DNA of 64,000 bases from Eubacteriales bacterium. GTDB lineage: Bacteria > Bacillota > Clostridia > Oscillospirales > CAG-272. The notes under the pieces are model-generated. The model had not been told where the DNA came from and did no database searches. It saw only the letters and a list, made by a program, of their open reading frames with translations. The stretch lies in assembly GCA_051867975.1 (NCBI GenBank), contig JBJDZM010000002.1, forward strand, positions 3,307-67,306, in the 5' to 3' direction. Position numbers and translations under genes: made by a program. Every line of letters begins with the position of its first letter. The stretch's first letter is position 1. Shown here one piece after another: positions 1 through 9,691 of the stretch.

Positions 1-772
1 CATTAAGGTTTTCGACGGTCGAGGTTCCGTGTTCAATATTACTCTGAAGTTTCTTATAGTTGTTAAGTGCGGTTTCGAGCGTCGGCGAAGAGCCGTTGAT
101 AAGGGATGCGCGGTGCTGAAGGTACGGAACGGTTTTTTCTGCCGGAGATTTATTGTACACGGCGTGTTTCCCTCGGCAGATTTCTCCGCTTTCAATCTGC
201 TTTAAAAGTGAGAAGTTCACCTCGCTGTACTCTCCGTCCGAAATGTCTTTTTCGGGAATAACCGCAATACTTTCGGTCTTATCGGCGATATTTGAAAAGG
301 GGCGGACAATGAATTCCCGAAGGAATCTCTTGTCGGGGGATCTGTCCAAAAACTCGACCTCGTCTTTCTTGATTCCGAATCCGTCAATTCCGCAAGCGAC
401 TTTCTCATTATCTGCCGCGTCAACATATGCTTTTGAGACAGACATCGCAAGCATCGGGTCTTCGGAGAGTGCCGTACGGTATGGATTTATCTTTGCCATG
501 GGACGGGGGATCTCAACGAAATTTACCCCATTCTGCTTTGCCCTTGCCGCAGATAGTCCTGCGACTTTTGAGATAAGCGGAATATTCCATGTATTTACCA
601 TCGCTGCGGGGGATGGAAGATCGTCATAGCAGAAGTCCTCTATATCTCCCACGCTGAGCTTCGGGATGCCAAGCTCATTTTGAAGCTCGTCCGGCAGGTT
701 TCCAATATCGGTCAGCAAGGTTATCTTGTCCCGCTCTGATAATTGGCTGATTATGTCATTATGTTTAAGCAT
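1..772 (-). CDS. Glycoside hydrolase family 3-like protein, N-terminal part (gene continues past the window start)
   Basis: Minus-strand frame runs off the left edge, so it is absent from the ORF track. ATG at comp(770-772) with GGAG 6 nt upstream. My translation MLKHNDIISQLSERDKITLLTD...EIPRPMAKINPYRTALSEDPMLAMSVSKAYVDAA resembles the GH3 N-terminal domain. The usual KHF position reads DGFG, so it may be non-catalytic. Confidence 0.45.
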   Translation of the reverse strand, partial: MLKHNDIISQLSERDKITLLTDIGNLPDELQNELGIPKLSVGDIEDFCYDDLPSPAAMVNTWNIPLISKVAGLSAARAKQNGVNFVEIPRPMAKINPYRTALSEDPMLAMSVSKAYVDAADNEKVACGIDGFGIKKDEVEFLDRSPDKRFLREFIVRPFSNIADKTESIAVIPEKDISDGEYSEVNFSLLKQIESGEICRGKHAVYNKSPAEKTVPYLQHRASLINGSSPTLETALNNYKKLQSNIEHGTSTVENLN

Positions 773-886
773 ATTTATCTCCATGCCGCCATTGGCGGCG
801 CAAATATTGTCGGTGTTTTGCCTTGGCAAAAAACTAATTTAAAAACGCATACTTATCTGCATGAAATCGGCAGACACAGCGCCTTA

Positions 887-1537
887 TTATATGATTTGCT
901 TGTAAATGCCCGGCTCTCTGTCTTCGTAGAGAGAGTAGTCTGTCTCAGCCTCTTGTTCAAGCTTTTCTCTCTCATCAAGAATTGCATCAATATACGTGTA
1001 TAATACATATGCAACGTTCAAAGCAAGCATCAATATGAGCATCACGGTTGCGAGAAAAATCGAAAGACGCGGTCTTTCAAAGCTTCTTCTTGTTACAGAG
1101 AAGGCTTTGTGTATCGATTTTTTTGCGGGAGTGCCTGAGATCAGAGCTTGCGGCGGAAGGTCAACGCGAACGGCAACTCTGCCGCCGCAAACCGTGTAGA
1201 TGTAGTTTTCCGAACGTACAGAGGTAAAAACGACCTTAAAGTCACTGCAGTACTCACTTACTACGATTCCATTGTCGTACGCATAGCTTTGCCCCGGTCT
1301 GATATCAAGCTTTGAGCAGTTTATCTCAATGTGGCCGAGATCCTCGCCTGAGGAGTTTATTTGTATCAATGTAAATGACATTGAATTAACGACGTAATCC
1401 GCATAATTTGTAAAGCGTAAAAACAAGCATTTTTTTCCTTGGCTGCGAGTGAATATGTAGTCTTTTACGGCTATAAAATCGTCAATTTGGGAGTAACCGT
1501 AATTGCCCTTTGAAATGATTTGATTTTCCTGTGTCAT
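887..1537 (-). CDS. Hypothetical single-pass membrane protein (beta-rich N-domain, one TM helix, acidic C-tail)
   Basis: 216-aa ORF with ATGA start/stop overlap to the upstream ORF 1534-2289. TM segment LSIFLATVMLILMLALNVAYVLYTYI. No family recognised. Confidence 0.5.
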   Translation of the reverse strand: MTQENQIISKGNYGYSQIDDFIAVKDYIFTRSQGKKCLFLRFTNYADYVVNSMSFTLIQINSSGEDLGHIEINCSKLDIRPGQSYAYDNGIVVSEYCSDFKVVFTSVRSENYIYTVCGGRVAVRVDLPPQALISGTPAKKSIHKAFSVTRRSFERPRLSIFLATVMLILMLALNVAYVLYTYIDAILDEREKLEQEAETDYSLYEDREPGIYKQII

Positions 1538-2289
1538 TTTATCCTCCGCACAGATTTCTTTGAAATCCTTTTAGAGTTGATGTGGGATTTTATGCTTGAT
1601 TCACCGTGAATGTAAAGAGCACACATAACAAAAGCATAAATTGCACCCAAACCTGCACCTATGATAAACGGTACAAAATTGTTTGGCTGTCTGTATAAGA
1701 ACGGCAGATTAACAAGTGAATCCCAAAGTATCATCGTTGCGTTTTTTATCACCAATGAAATTATGGCACTCAATATGGCAGAGCATGCGATGTATGTAAA
1801 TACGCTTGCTTTAGAGAAGATTACCTTGTCTCTGTCCTTTATCATGATGCCGTTTACCTCTTTAAGAATAAGGTTCACATATGATGTCTTCGAGGGGAGA
1901 ATGACGGCTTTGGTATATCCCGCATCGGTTATCATCTCCTCGACATCGATGATATCAAGTATTTTTTCATTTGCATCTATCGGAATTACGGTGTATCTTA
2001 CGCTTGTAACTCGGGTATTGAGCTTGCACTTGATAAATTTATCTCCGCTGTTCTCGGACAAAATATACTGTTGAAGATATTTTCTTATTTTTATTTGCGG
2101 CTCATATACTATCGCGCGGCCATTGTCGTATGTATATTTTTTTATTCCTCTGCTTCGCGGTTCGGCGTTTGCCTTGCTCGGACGCAGAAATATTTTGGGA
2201 AACGCACACGCTGACACAAAGATAAACAGCAGTATGCCGGATATTGCTATCAATGCAAGCGACAGATAACGTATAATGTCAATAATCAT
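1534..2289 (-). CDS. Hypothetical multi-pass membrane protein
   Basis: 251-aa ORF with an N-terminal TM helix, a ~120-aa beta-rich segment loosely similar to the 216-aa neighbour, and C-terminal TM helices. Translationally coupled to 887-1537. Confidence 0.5.
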   Translation of the reverse strand: MIIDIIRYLSLALIAISGILLFIFVSACAFPKIFLRPSKANAEPRSRGIKKYTYDNGRAIVYEPQIKIRKYLQQYILSENSGDKFIKCKLNTRVTSVRYTVIPIDANEKILDIIDVEEMITDAGYTKAVILPSKTSYVNLILKEVNGIMIKDRDKVIFSKASVFTYIACSAILSAIISLVIKNATMILWDSLVNLPFLYRQPNNFVPFIIGAGLGAIYAFVMCALYIHGESSIKSHINSKRISKKSVRRIK

Positions 2290-2331
2290 GTTTTCTCCTA
2301 TGATCGTTTATTTCGAAAGCATAAAGCGGAT

Positions 2332-3852
2332 TTAGTTTCTTGTGTTGTATCTGCTTATCAGCTCGCTTATATCCTGCGCGGTCACTTCTCCCGATTCGGA
2401 TGAATTGAGTTCATTCAAAAGTTCTTGTGCCACCGCCTCGGCAACCGAATCGGGGACGTCGATGTTATATTCGGATATGTATTTTTGTGCATATGTTGTC
2501 ATCACCGCGACTTTTTCCTCATTTGACCCATAGCCTCGGCTGTTTACCGTTTTAATGGCACTTGCAATGTTTGTCATAAGCGCATTGTAGTTTTCAATTC
2601 CTATTGTTTCAATCGAAATACTGTCTGCGATTGCCGACATGGCTATTGAAGAAACGTTTATTCCGCTCATGTACGGGTTTGCGGCAAGGACTGCGTTGAC
2701 CTTTTCGATTATTCTTGATTCATCGACAAATGCAACAAGCTCGGAATAATTTGAGACATCAACATCTGTGATGTCACTTTCAAGAATAATTGCGTAAAGA
2801 CTTATCAGCGTGTTCAAATTCATATTTATACTCTTCTCATCGGTTTGCGTGCATGCCGTCAGCACCCGGTCAATAGCACCGTCAACCACCGGGTGCACGT
2901 GCGGTTTTGAGAGCCCCATGAATATCTTGCCCTCAAGCCAAGCGTTTGAACATGTAGACAGAACATCCGCGGCAAAATAATGAACTATCTCCACATCCTG
3001 TATGTGGTCACCGAGCGCATAAAGTGCATCAACATCTTCCTTACCGAGAGTCCCGTTGTTTTGGATTGACTGAGATAAAGATGAAAAATCGTCCATAATA
3101 AGCTTTGCTGCATCAAGCTCATTTGAGATATATACCCTGTCATTGTTTACATCTGCACAAGCGCTTGCATGGTACAATTGCTTGCCGCCAAACTGATAGA
3201 AGGTGTTTCCGACAACATCTTTCGTAATGCTATCCGAATTCTTTATTAAATCCGAGATACGTTCGTCCCCTATGGCGTATTTCGACAATATGCCGGGCGA
3301 TGATGCCTCTGCAATGTTGGCGATCTTTACGGCGGTTTCGACGGTTCCCATAAGCGGAGATATCGCAAGCATGCATATCATGAATGAACTGAGTCCTCCG
3401 ATGACGCCTGATATAACCTTTTCGTATTTTCTGTACCATGATTCCTTTTCTTTTGCGTATCCGGGATCACTGCTGTTTTTCTTGATTATCGTTCTGCATG
3501 CTAAATTTATGACCATGCGACATAGTCTCCTGAATACGAAGAACATAATAACGAACAACAGCGTATTGAGCAATGCCGTGCATGCTATGATCAAAACCGT
3601 ACCGATGGACGGTAACTGTTTTGTCATGGAAATATAAGTCGGATTGTTTTCCGCAATCGCCGAGAAAACAGCGGTCACTATCGTTCCGGAGATTGCAGGT
3701 GAGATAACGATTGACAGTATTATGCTTATGATGCTTGAGCCGAAAGCCAAGAGCGATTTGTTGAGTCCCCTGTTGATATATCGGTATATTTCAATCGCAG
3801 TAATTGCTATGAAAAATATAATCAGTCCAATTGACAGCAATGAAAATGACAT
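2332..3852 (-). CDS. CvpA-like membrane protein with a large C-terminal soluble domain
   Basis: ORF 2332-3891. I prefer the start at M14 (MSFSLLSIGLIIFF...), which has GAAAGGA upstream. The N-terminal ~120 aa form four hydrophobic helices like the colicin V production (CvpA) family. The remaining ~380 aa are unrecognised. Confidence 0.5.
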   Translation of the reverse strand: MSFSLLSIGLIIFFIAITAIEIYRYINRGLNKSLLAFGSSIISIILSIVISPAISGTIVTAVFSAIAENNPTYISMTKQLPSIGTVLIIACTALLNTLLFVIMFFVFRRLCRMVINLACRTIIKKNSSDPGYAKEKESWYRKYEKVISGVIGGLSSFMICMLAISPLMGTVETAVKIANIAEASSPGILSKYAIGDERISDLIKNSDSITKDVVGNTFYQFGGKQLYHASACADVNNDRVYISNELDAAKLIMDDFSSLSQSIQNNGTLGKEDVDALYALGDHIQDVEIVHYFAADVLSTCSNAWLEGKIFMGLSKPHVHPVVDGAIDRVLTACTQTDEKSINMNLNTLISLYAIILESDITDVDVSNYSELVAFVDESRIIEKVNAVLAANPYMSGINVSSIAMSAIADSISIETIGIENYNALMTNIASAIKTVNSRGYGSNEEKVAVMTTYAQKYISEYNIDVPDSVAEAVAQELLNELNSSESGEVTAQDISELISRYNTRN

Positions 3853-4195
3853 GACTGCGTCCTTTCTCATTTTTAAAAGGTTTTTACACATATGATCTGC
3901 ATCTGTGTACCATTAATTACATTTAATTATATTCTACCACTTTGTCACGAGGATTTCAATTGTTTTTGGTAATTATGTGCTTGTTTTGTAAATATTTGGA
4001 ACAATGCACAACAAAATATATAAAAAATTGTATGAAAACACAAGTTATAAATAAAAATTCGGTGTTTATGGCAGTGTACGCAAACACACTGCAAAAACAC
4101 CGGGTTTTTTATAAATGTCATCTTTTTTGCCGATAATTTATTGAAAAATTAATAATTTGGTGGTAAAATAGTGTCATAACAGAAAGGAGAGTCCC

Positions 4196-5209
4196 ATGTT
4201 TTACTCAATTCCTCAAACAAAGATGCTTTCAGCAGCACAAAACAGCCTCTCGCCGTCCTCAAAGCCGAGAAGCATTTTCATGGAAATTTTAATTTTTTTG
4301 CTCGTCACGATGATAATATCCGTACCGCAGAGCATGATTACATCGGTAGTAATGTCGGTGATGATGTTTTTTGACGGGGAATATATGGCGGTCATGGAGT
4401 CTATGATAAACAGCGGCGTTATCGACTATAATGCGATAACCGAGCTGACTCTTGATTTTATGAACCGTATTCCTTCGGAGATATACATTATCATTCTTGC
4501 TTCGTCGGGACTTATGATAGTCGGCGGAATCATCTACTGCGTATGTATTGAAAAGCGTTCGCTTTTCTCAATGGGCTTTAATAAGCGCGCATTTTTGCCC
4601 GAATATCTCATCGGAGCGGCAGTCGGCGCCGTGATGATATCACTCCCTGCGCTCGTCAGTGTTTTGACGGGTGCGGCAACGCTTACGTTTAATGCGAATG
4701 TAAATCCCTTGATAATTATTCTTTTCTTCTTGGCATTTGTTCTTCAGGCGATGGGAGAAGAAGTGCTTTTCAGAGGATATCTTCTCAACACACTCTCGCG
4801 CAGGACTCATGTCTGGGTTGCAATAATTTTGAGTTCTCTCATGTTCGCATTAATGCATTTATCAAACGCCAACTTCGGAATAATTCCCTTCATCAATATC
4901 ACGCTCTTCGGCATCTTCGCGGCGGTGTATATGCTCAAACGCGGAAGCATATGGGGAGTTGCCGCAATTCATACCGTCTGGAACTTCATGCAGGGCAATA
5001 TCTTCGGCTTTAGTGTGAGCGGAAATCCTAAGCTTAACAGCGTTTTTGATGCAACGCTCGGAGAAGTCGGCTCGATTTTGAGCGGCGGAGAATTCGGACT
5101 TGAAGGCGGACTCGGAGCTACGGTAGTATTGCTTATCGCGCTCGTTGTTGTGCTTGCCATGCCCGCAAAGGAGAGCGAGCTCGACCTGCCCGAGACCGAG
5201 CAACCTTGA
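4196..5209 (+). CDS. CPBP family intramembrane glutamic endopeptidase (CAAX protease-like)
   Basis: Motifs EEVLFRGYL, FALMHL and HTVWNF in a polytopic membrane protein. AGGAGAG RBS before the ATG. Confidence 0.85.
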   Translation: MFYSIPQTKMLSAAQNSLSPSSKPRSIFMEILIFLLVTMIISVPQSMITSVVMSVMMFFDGEYMAVMESMINSGVIDYNAITELTLDFMNRIPSEIYIIILASSGLMIVGGIIYCVCIEKRSLFSMGFNKRAFLPEYLIGAAVGAVMISLPALVSVLTGAATLTFNANVNPLIIILFFLAFVLQAMGEEVLFRGYLLNTLSRRTHVWVAIILSSLMFALMHLSNANFGIIPFINITLFGIFAAVYMLKRGSIWGVAAIHTVWNFMQGNIFGFSVSGNPKLNSVFDATLGEVGSILSGGEFGLEGGLGATVVLLIALVVVLAMPAKESELDLPETEQP

Positions 5210-5333
5210 TATCAACGCCTCTCATCCCCGAGAAAGGCGGTCAGAATCGCTTATGGATACCCCATGAAAAGTCCTTGAAAAGAAAACAAAGGCTGCCGCG
5301 CTATTGCGCGACAGCCCCCTTTTTAAATTCAAA

Positions 5334-5525
5334 TTACTTTACAGAACCTGCACCGAGCGAATTCTCGTAAGATTCGATCATCTTCTTAACCATCTGACCG
5401 CCAATGCTGCCTGCCTGACGAGATGTGAGGTCACCGTTGTAACCCTGGTTGAGATTTACTCCAACTTCGCTTGCTGCCTGCATCTTGAACTGCTCAAGAG
5501 CCTTCTTAGCATTCTTGTTTGCCAT
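5334..5525 (-). CDS. Alpha/beta-type small acid-soluble spore protein
   Basis: 63 aa: MANKNAKKALEQFKMQAASEVGV...LTSRQAGSIGGQMVKKMIE is the typical SASP signature. AAGGAGAA RBS. Confidence 0.9.
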   Translation of the reverse strand: MANKNAKKALEQFKMQAASEVGVNLNQGYNGDLTSRQAGSIGGQMVKKMIESYENSLGAGSVK

Positions 5526-5804
5526 AATTGTTCTCCTTGAAGTCCGTACACATAAACGGAAATATCTGTCCGTCCCATGCGACGGCTGTTTTTCATAAAA
5601 TAATATCTATATTGAATCGAGCCTGCAACGCGGACATTTTGTAAGATAAAACACATGCCGCGCTGCAGAATTATCATTATCCTGCTCGCTTCGCCTGCGC
5701 TTTTTCTTTGTCTGAATTGCATCTCTGCTATTATTCTGCCGCGATGCTTTTTTTATATGTATGGAAAAATGAGGAAGAATTTTTATGACAATTTTTTTGT
5801 TGTT

Positions 5805-6026
5805 TTAATGCTTTGATGAACCCTCAACCTCCGGATACGGGACGAAGTCGTTTTTTACAACCTCACGAAAATATTTGTTCATCTCCGCCTTGCAGTCATC
5901 GGGTATCACGATTTTGTTTCTCAAATCTTCAACTGAATCATTATCAATCGTTCTTGCCAAAAACTCAATTATCAGTTGTTGAAAGATCTCCCGATCTGTT
6001 TCAATGTCTGTTTGCTTCTTTTTCAT
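5805..6026 (-). CDS. Hypothetical small acidic protein (73 aa)
   Basis: ORF 5805-6104. The internal start MKKKQTDIETD follows AAGGAGAAG. Divergent from the XRE regulator gene. Confidence 0.4.
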   Translation of the reverse strand: MKKKQTDIETDREIFQQLIIEFLARTIDNDSVEDLRNKIVIPDDCKAEMNKYFREVVKNDFVPYPEVEGSSKH

Positions 6027-6185
6027 TTCTACTTCTCCTTTTTGATATATTGATATCAGATTTAATGTGTTATTAATTTGATTATACCATATATTATATT
6101 GCATTGCAATAGATGAACAAGATTTTATGGTGCATTTTTTATATCGTGTAAGATAGAATATTATATAGAATGTGTTTGTCGGGGG

Positions 6186-6512
6186 ATGAATATGTACTAT
6201 ATGGATGAAAAAGATTTTGCATTGCGACTTTCGAGACTCAGAGAGAAAAAGGGTGTGTCGGCACGTGAAATGAGTCTGGACATTGGACAGAACGCCAATT
6301 ATATTAACAGTATTGAAATCGGAAAAGCCAATCCTTCACTTGAAGTGTTTTTCTACATCTGCGATTATTTACAGGTCACGCCGAGTCAATTCTTCGACCT
6401 TGAGAATAAAAATCCGACAAAGCTCGACTCAATAATAAGCGACCTCAAAAAGCTCGACGACCGCCAGCTTGATAACATCGCCATGCTCGTCAAAGGGCTT
6501 ATAAAAAAGTAA
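6186..6512 (+). CDS. XRE family helix-turn-helix transcriptional regulator
   Basis: LRLSRLREKKGVSAREMSLDIGQNANYINSIEIGKANPSLEVFFYICDYLQVTPSQFF is a Cro/C1-type HTH. The true start may be the 2nd or 3rd in-frame ATG (6192 or 6201). Confidence 0.8.
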   Translation: MNMYYMDEKDFALRLSRLREKKGVSAREMSLDIGQNANYINSIEIGKANPSLEVFFYICDYLQVTPSQFFDLENKNPTKLDSIISDLKKLDDRQLDNIAMLVKGLIKK

Positions 6513-6582
6513 GCAAACGCTCTCAGATTGATGACAAAGTTCATATTCAATAGAACATTGCATATTGGTAATCGATAGTCCG

Positions 6583-6710
6583 CTTTTTCTTTGACAGCGC
6601 AGGCGCAAAGAAAAAGCTTGGCAAAAAGAAGACGCCGTAAGGAAATTTCGCCGTTGCGACGGCGACAAGGGCTATGCGCCCTTGACTGCACCGCCTTTTG
6701 AAAAAGGCGG
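6583..6710. repeat. Cluster of four consecutive perfect hairpins/palindromes in an intergenic spacer
   Basis: CTTTTTCTTTG-N12-CAAAGAAAAAG (6583-6616); TCGCCGT-TGCG-ACGGCGA (6648-6665); CAAGGGC-N5-GCCCTTG (6666-6684); CCGCCTTTTGAAAAAGGCGG (6691-6710) followed by GCGAAAACTT. Confidence 0.7.
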
Positions 6711-6891
6711 GCGAAAACTTCCCTGAGACATCGCCGTGGGGTTTGTCAGCAGTCTGTAAGCAAAAGCTCTGATTTTAAACGATGGCATTACACGAAAAAA
6801 AGACAGCTTTCAAAGCCGCTGCGGCTTGATTACTGTCCTTTTTTACTTATATTTTTACAAAATTTTCAGTCGGAACCGGATATTTTCTCCC

Positions 6892-8274
6892 TCACACATC
6901 CGCGTCGTCATCACAGCAACAATCAAAGTCGAAATCCACATAATGTGCAATCAGCCTTGCTCTGAATCTTCTCTCGTTGCAGATTGAGGTCGTACTGCCC
7001 GACACGTCAAGGTCCTCGGGAAGCACGAACTTGATACAACGAACCAGCACGTCACGGCAACTGTCACTTGTGTGAGCCGGTATCGTCATGGTCTTCATGC
7101 CTCGCTTATGCTCCACGTCATACGTGTCAAGCTCGCTGAGCAACACAGCTAACGCCACGCGCCTGTTTGGGCAGACGTTCTGCAAGGTCACGTCTATCTG
7201 CACGATACGTCCAAGCGAATCCATCACAAGGTCGCCTGCGTCAAATTCAACGGTGTCCGAGCAACCGTCCACACTCAAATCAACCTCTACGGGGCAACCC
7301 TCGGGACACACGTCAACACCGCAGTCGACCTCAATGGTGGGAGATGGGAAGACAACACGGTTACATTCGGCATCGTGATATTCGATAGATTCGTTGACCT
7401 CGACCGTACCCTCGCAGGGACCTGAGTGCGTGACGGTAAACTCAAACGTCGCTCCCTCACTTGCCTTAACGCCAAGCTCGTCAATCTTCCATATTACCGT
7501 GTTGGTTCCCGACGTGCTTGCCGTTCCCTTGGAGGGCGACGTTATCTCGGTTATCTTGAAGCACGGAGCGACAGTATCCTTTATCACAATATCGGTAGCA
7601 CCCGGCTTTGCAATATTCTGCGCCAAATCTCTGAATAACTTTTCAAGTTCCTCGTCGTCGGGCGTGATTGCCACGTACGCCGAGTCGGGGTCTGAACTCC
7701 ATGCGTTCAGCGCATTTTCATCAAGACCTCCGTTGCCCGAAAGCCCGATGCAGTATATGACGACTCCCTGCGATTTTGCAAGAGTTGCCACCGCGTTTGC
7801 ATCTCCGCCGGTGGTAGTCTTGCCGTCGGTAAACATAACCATTACCTTTGCATTGGTCGACGAGGGGTCGAACAGGTCAAGTGCTTTTCGGAAGGCATCC
7901 TCATGGTTGGTAAAGCCTTCCGAGGACAGCGCATCAACCGCATTCTTCAAATCAGCAACCGAGGTGATGAGCTGTGTGTCTTGCGTTGCAGTCGTTGCAA
8001 AACTGACGATTCCGATACGGCTTCCGTGTCCTATATTGCCGTCCTTAGCGCTGTCGGTCGCCTCGTCGATAATGTCAATAAACGCCTTCGCACCGCTCTT
8101 CAGATTTGCGAGAGGTCTGCCCGACATACTTCCCGAGCGGTCGAGAATCAGGACGATATCGGTGGGGTTTGTTGTGATATCGGGAGTTGCCGTCAGCGAT
8201 AGTTTTACCTTGAAGGAGCCGCCGCACTCAATTTGCGTTGCGCTCAGCTCCTTATTGGAGTTTGTTACACCCAT
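6892..8274 (-). CDS. von Willebrand factor A domain protein with DUF11-like repeat and Cys/Asp-rich C-terminus
   Basis: ORF 6892-8370. Preferred start MGVTNSNK follows GGAAAGGAAG. MIDAS motif LILDRSGSMSG. Then a DUF11/CARDB-like segment (IVIKDTVAPCFKITEI...WKIDELG...FEFTVTH). The tail is rich in Cys and ends CCCDDDADV. Confidence 0.75.
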   Translation of the reverse strand: MGVTNSNKELSATQIECGGSFKVKLSLTATPDITTNPTDIVLILDRSGSMSGRPLANLKSGAKAFIDIIDEATDSAKDGNIGHGSRIGIVSFATTATQDTQLITSVADLKNAVDALSSEGFTNHEDAFRKALDLFDPSSTNAKVMVMFTDGKTTTGGDANAVATLAKSQGVVIYCIGLSGNGGLDENALNAWSSDPDSAYVAITPDDEELEKLFRDLAQNIAKPGATDIVIKDTVAPCFKITEITSPSKGTASTSGTNTVIWKIDELGVKASEGATFEFTVTHSGPCEGTVEVNESIEYHDAECNRVVFPSPTIEVDCGVDVCPEGCPVEVDLSVDGCSDTVEFDAGDLVMDSLGRIVQIDVTLQNVCPNRRVALAVLLSELDTYDVEHKRGMKTMTIPAHTSDSCRDVLVRCIKFVLPEDLDVSGSTTSICNERRFRARLIAHYVDFDFDCCCDDDADV

Positions 8275-8391
8275 ATAAATCTTCCTTTCCGAGTCACTTA
8301 TAAATATCAGACTCTTTACATTGTATGTCGGATTGGAACAGTCGGTGTATAAAAAAGCAGAAAGGGGCATCGTAAGCCCCTTTCAAAGTAT

Positions 8392-9336
8392 TCAGTTGTA
8401 AAACGCGTGATTTCCTATCGTAAACACATATTCCCTGTTGTTCACTACCCATGACCCCGAAGAATATTTCGGGTTGAGGAAATACAAAATGCTGTTCGAC
8501 ACGGAATATCCTTCAAGACATATCTTCGCCGCAATAATGCTCTCCGCTGTCGCCGCCTGATATATAGTTCCGTTTGCAACAGGCGTGAACTGCGTGCCGT
8601 TCTTTCTGTCAAATATTACACCGTATATCGTGTTCGGGAACTGCTTTGAGCGGACACGGTTCAATACAACATTTCCAACTGCAATTTTGCCCTGAAGGCT
8701 CTCGCCTCTCGCCTCGGCTGAGATTATCTTTGCAAGCCAATATACCTCGTCGTCACGGTAGACCTGCGAAGCACTCTTCAGCAGCCTCGTATCTCCCGAG
8801 CGAACACTGTACGCGCCCTGTGAATCACGGCTTGCGTAACAGTTGAGCGCCTTGACAAGCGGTTCTATCGGAACGTACATCTCGCCGTATATCTCCATAA
8901 CACGGCTCACCGTGTAAAAGTATCTGCCGTTTGCCGATATGTAAAGATTGTTTTCGACCGCCGTTATCTCAAGATTTTCGCCTGAAATCCTGCCCACGGT
9001 CAAATTTCCGCTTTCGTTCGTGGAATAAGTAAATACTCCGAGCCAATCGGCAAATCTGTTCATCGGAACGTATGTAACTCCGTTAATTACAAATACTCTT
9101 CCTTCAAGAACCCTTCTTCCGTTTACAACAACTCCGGTTCTTGACGCTCCTGCCGGCAGTGAGTACCCTATTGCCTCACCCGAGCGAGCCATGGTGTTTT
9201 CATAACACAATTCTCCGCTCTCATAAATCTCTGCCTGTGTCGCTCCGACTCCTACTGTCAGCAGAACGCTTAGCGACATTATCACTGCCGATCCGAATGC
9301 AGTGATCTTGACAATTCTCTTTCTGTTTCTTGTCAT
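8392..9336 (-). CDS. SleB-family cell wall hydrolase with copper amine oxidase-like N-terminal domain
   Basis: Signal/TM segment, then the stalk-like motif INGVTYVPMNRFADWLG. The C-terminal part WLAKIISAEARGESLQGKIAVGNVVLNRVRS...GVIFDRKNGTQFTP matches the Hydrolase_2/SleB signature. Confidence 0.8.
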   Translation of the reverse strand: MTRNRKRIVKITAFGSAVIMSLSVLLTVGVGATQAEIYESGELCYENTMARSGEAIGYSLPAGASRTGVVVNGRRVLEGRVFVINGVTYVPMNRFADWLGVFTYSTNESGNLTVGRISGENLEITAVENNLYISANGRYFYTVSRVMEIYGEMYVPIEPLVKALNCYASRDSQGAYSVRSGDTRLLKSASQVYRDDEVYWLAKIISAEARGESLQGKIAVGNVVLNRVRSKQFPNTIYGVIFDRKNGTQFTPVANGTIYQAATAESIIAAKICLEGYSVSNSILYFLNPKYSSGSWVVNNREYVFTIGNHAFYN

Positions 9337-9691
9337 TTTTTTCTCCTTTCTTTTCTGGCGATACGTTATTTTACCATATTTCCACTAACCTCTTCAACCC
9401 TCAAAATATTCCTATGAAGGAAATATATAGCAAAAAAGGTGCAAAACACGCCTTTTATGCATTGATTTTCCTTTATTTACATATTTTACATACATTTACA
9501 ATGCAAAAAATATGAAACGAAACTCAAAATAATATTGACACTTCAAGTTTTGCATTTTCTAATTCTTCTTTTAATAATAAAACGGTGAAGCCATGAAAAC
9601 TATAAAATATATTGCTCGCCGCGCACTTCCGCTTTTTCGATGGAAACGATGCCGTGTTCACCCCTTAGCGTTGGCGTGAGGCGAAATAATC

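Noticed and set aside
153-629. 158-aa plus-strand ORF
   Set aside because: It lies antisense to a better minus-strand frame with an RBS and GH3-like similarity. Its composition is Ser/Phe-rich and it has no RBS.
6386-6691. 101-aa and 79-aa minus-strand ORFs
   Set aside because: They are composed of read-through of consecutive palindromic hairpins, and they have no RBS.
7394-8278. 294-aa plus-strand ORF (and several smaller ones) inside the vWA gene
   Set aside because: These are antisense shadow ORFs with low-complexity Ser/Pro/Ala-rich products. The opposite strand carries clear vWA motifs.
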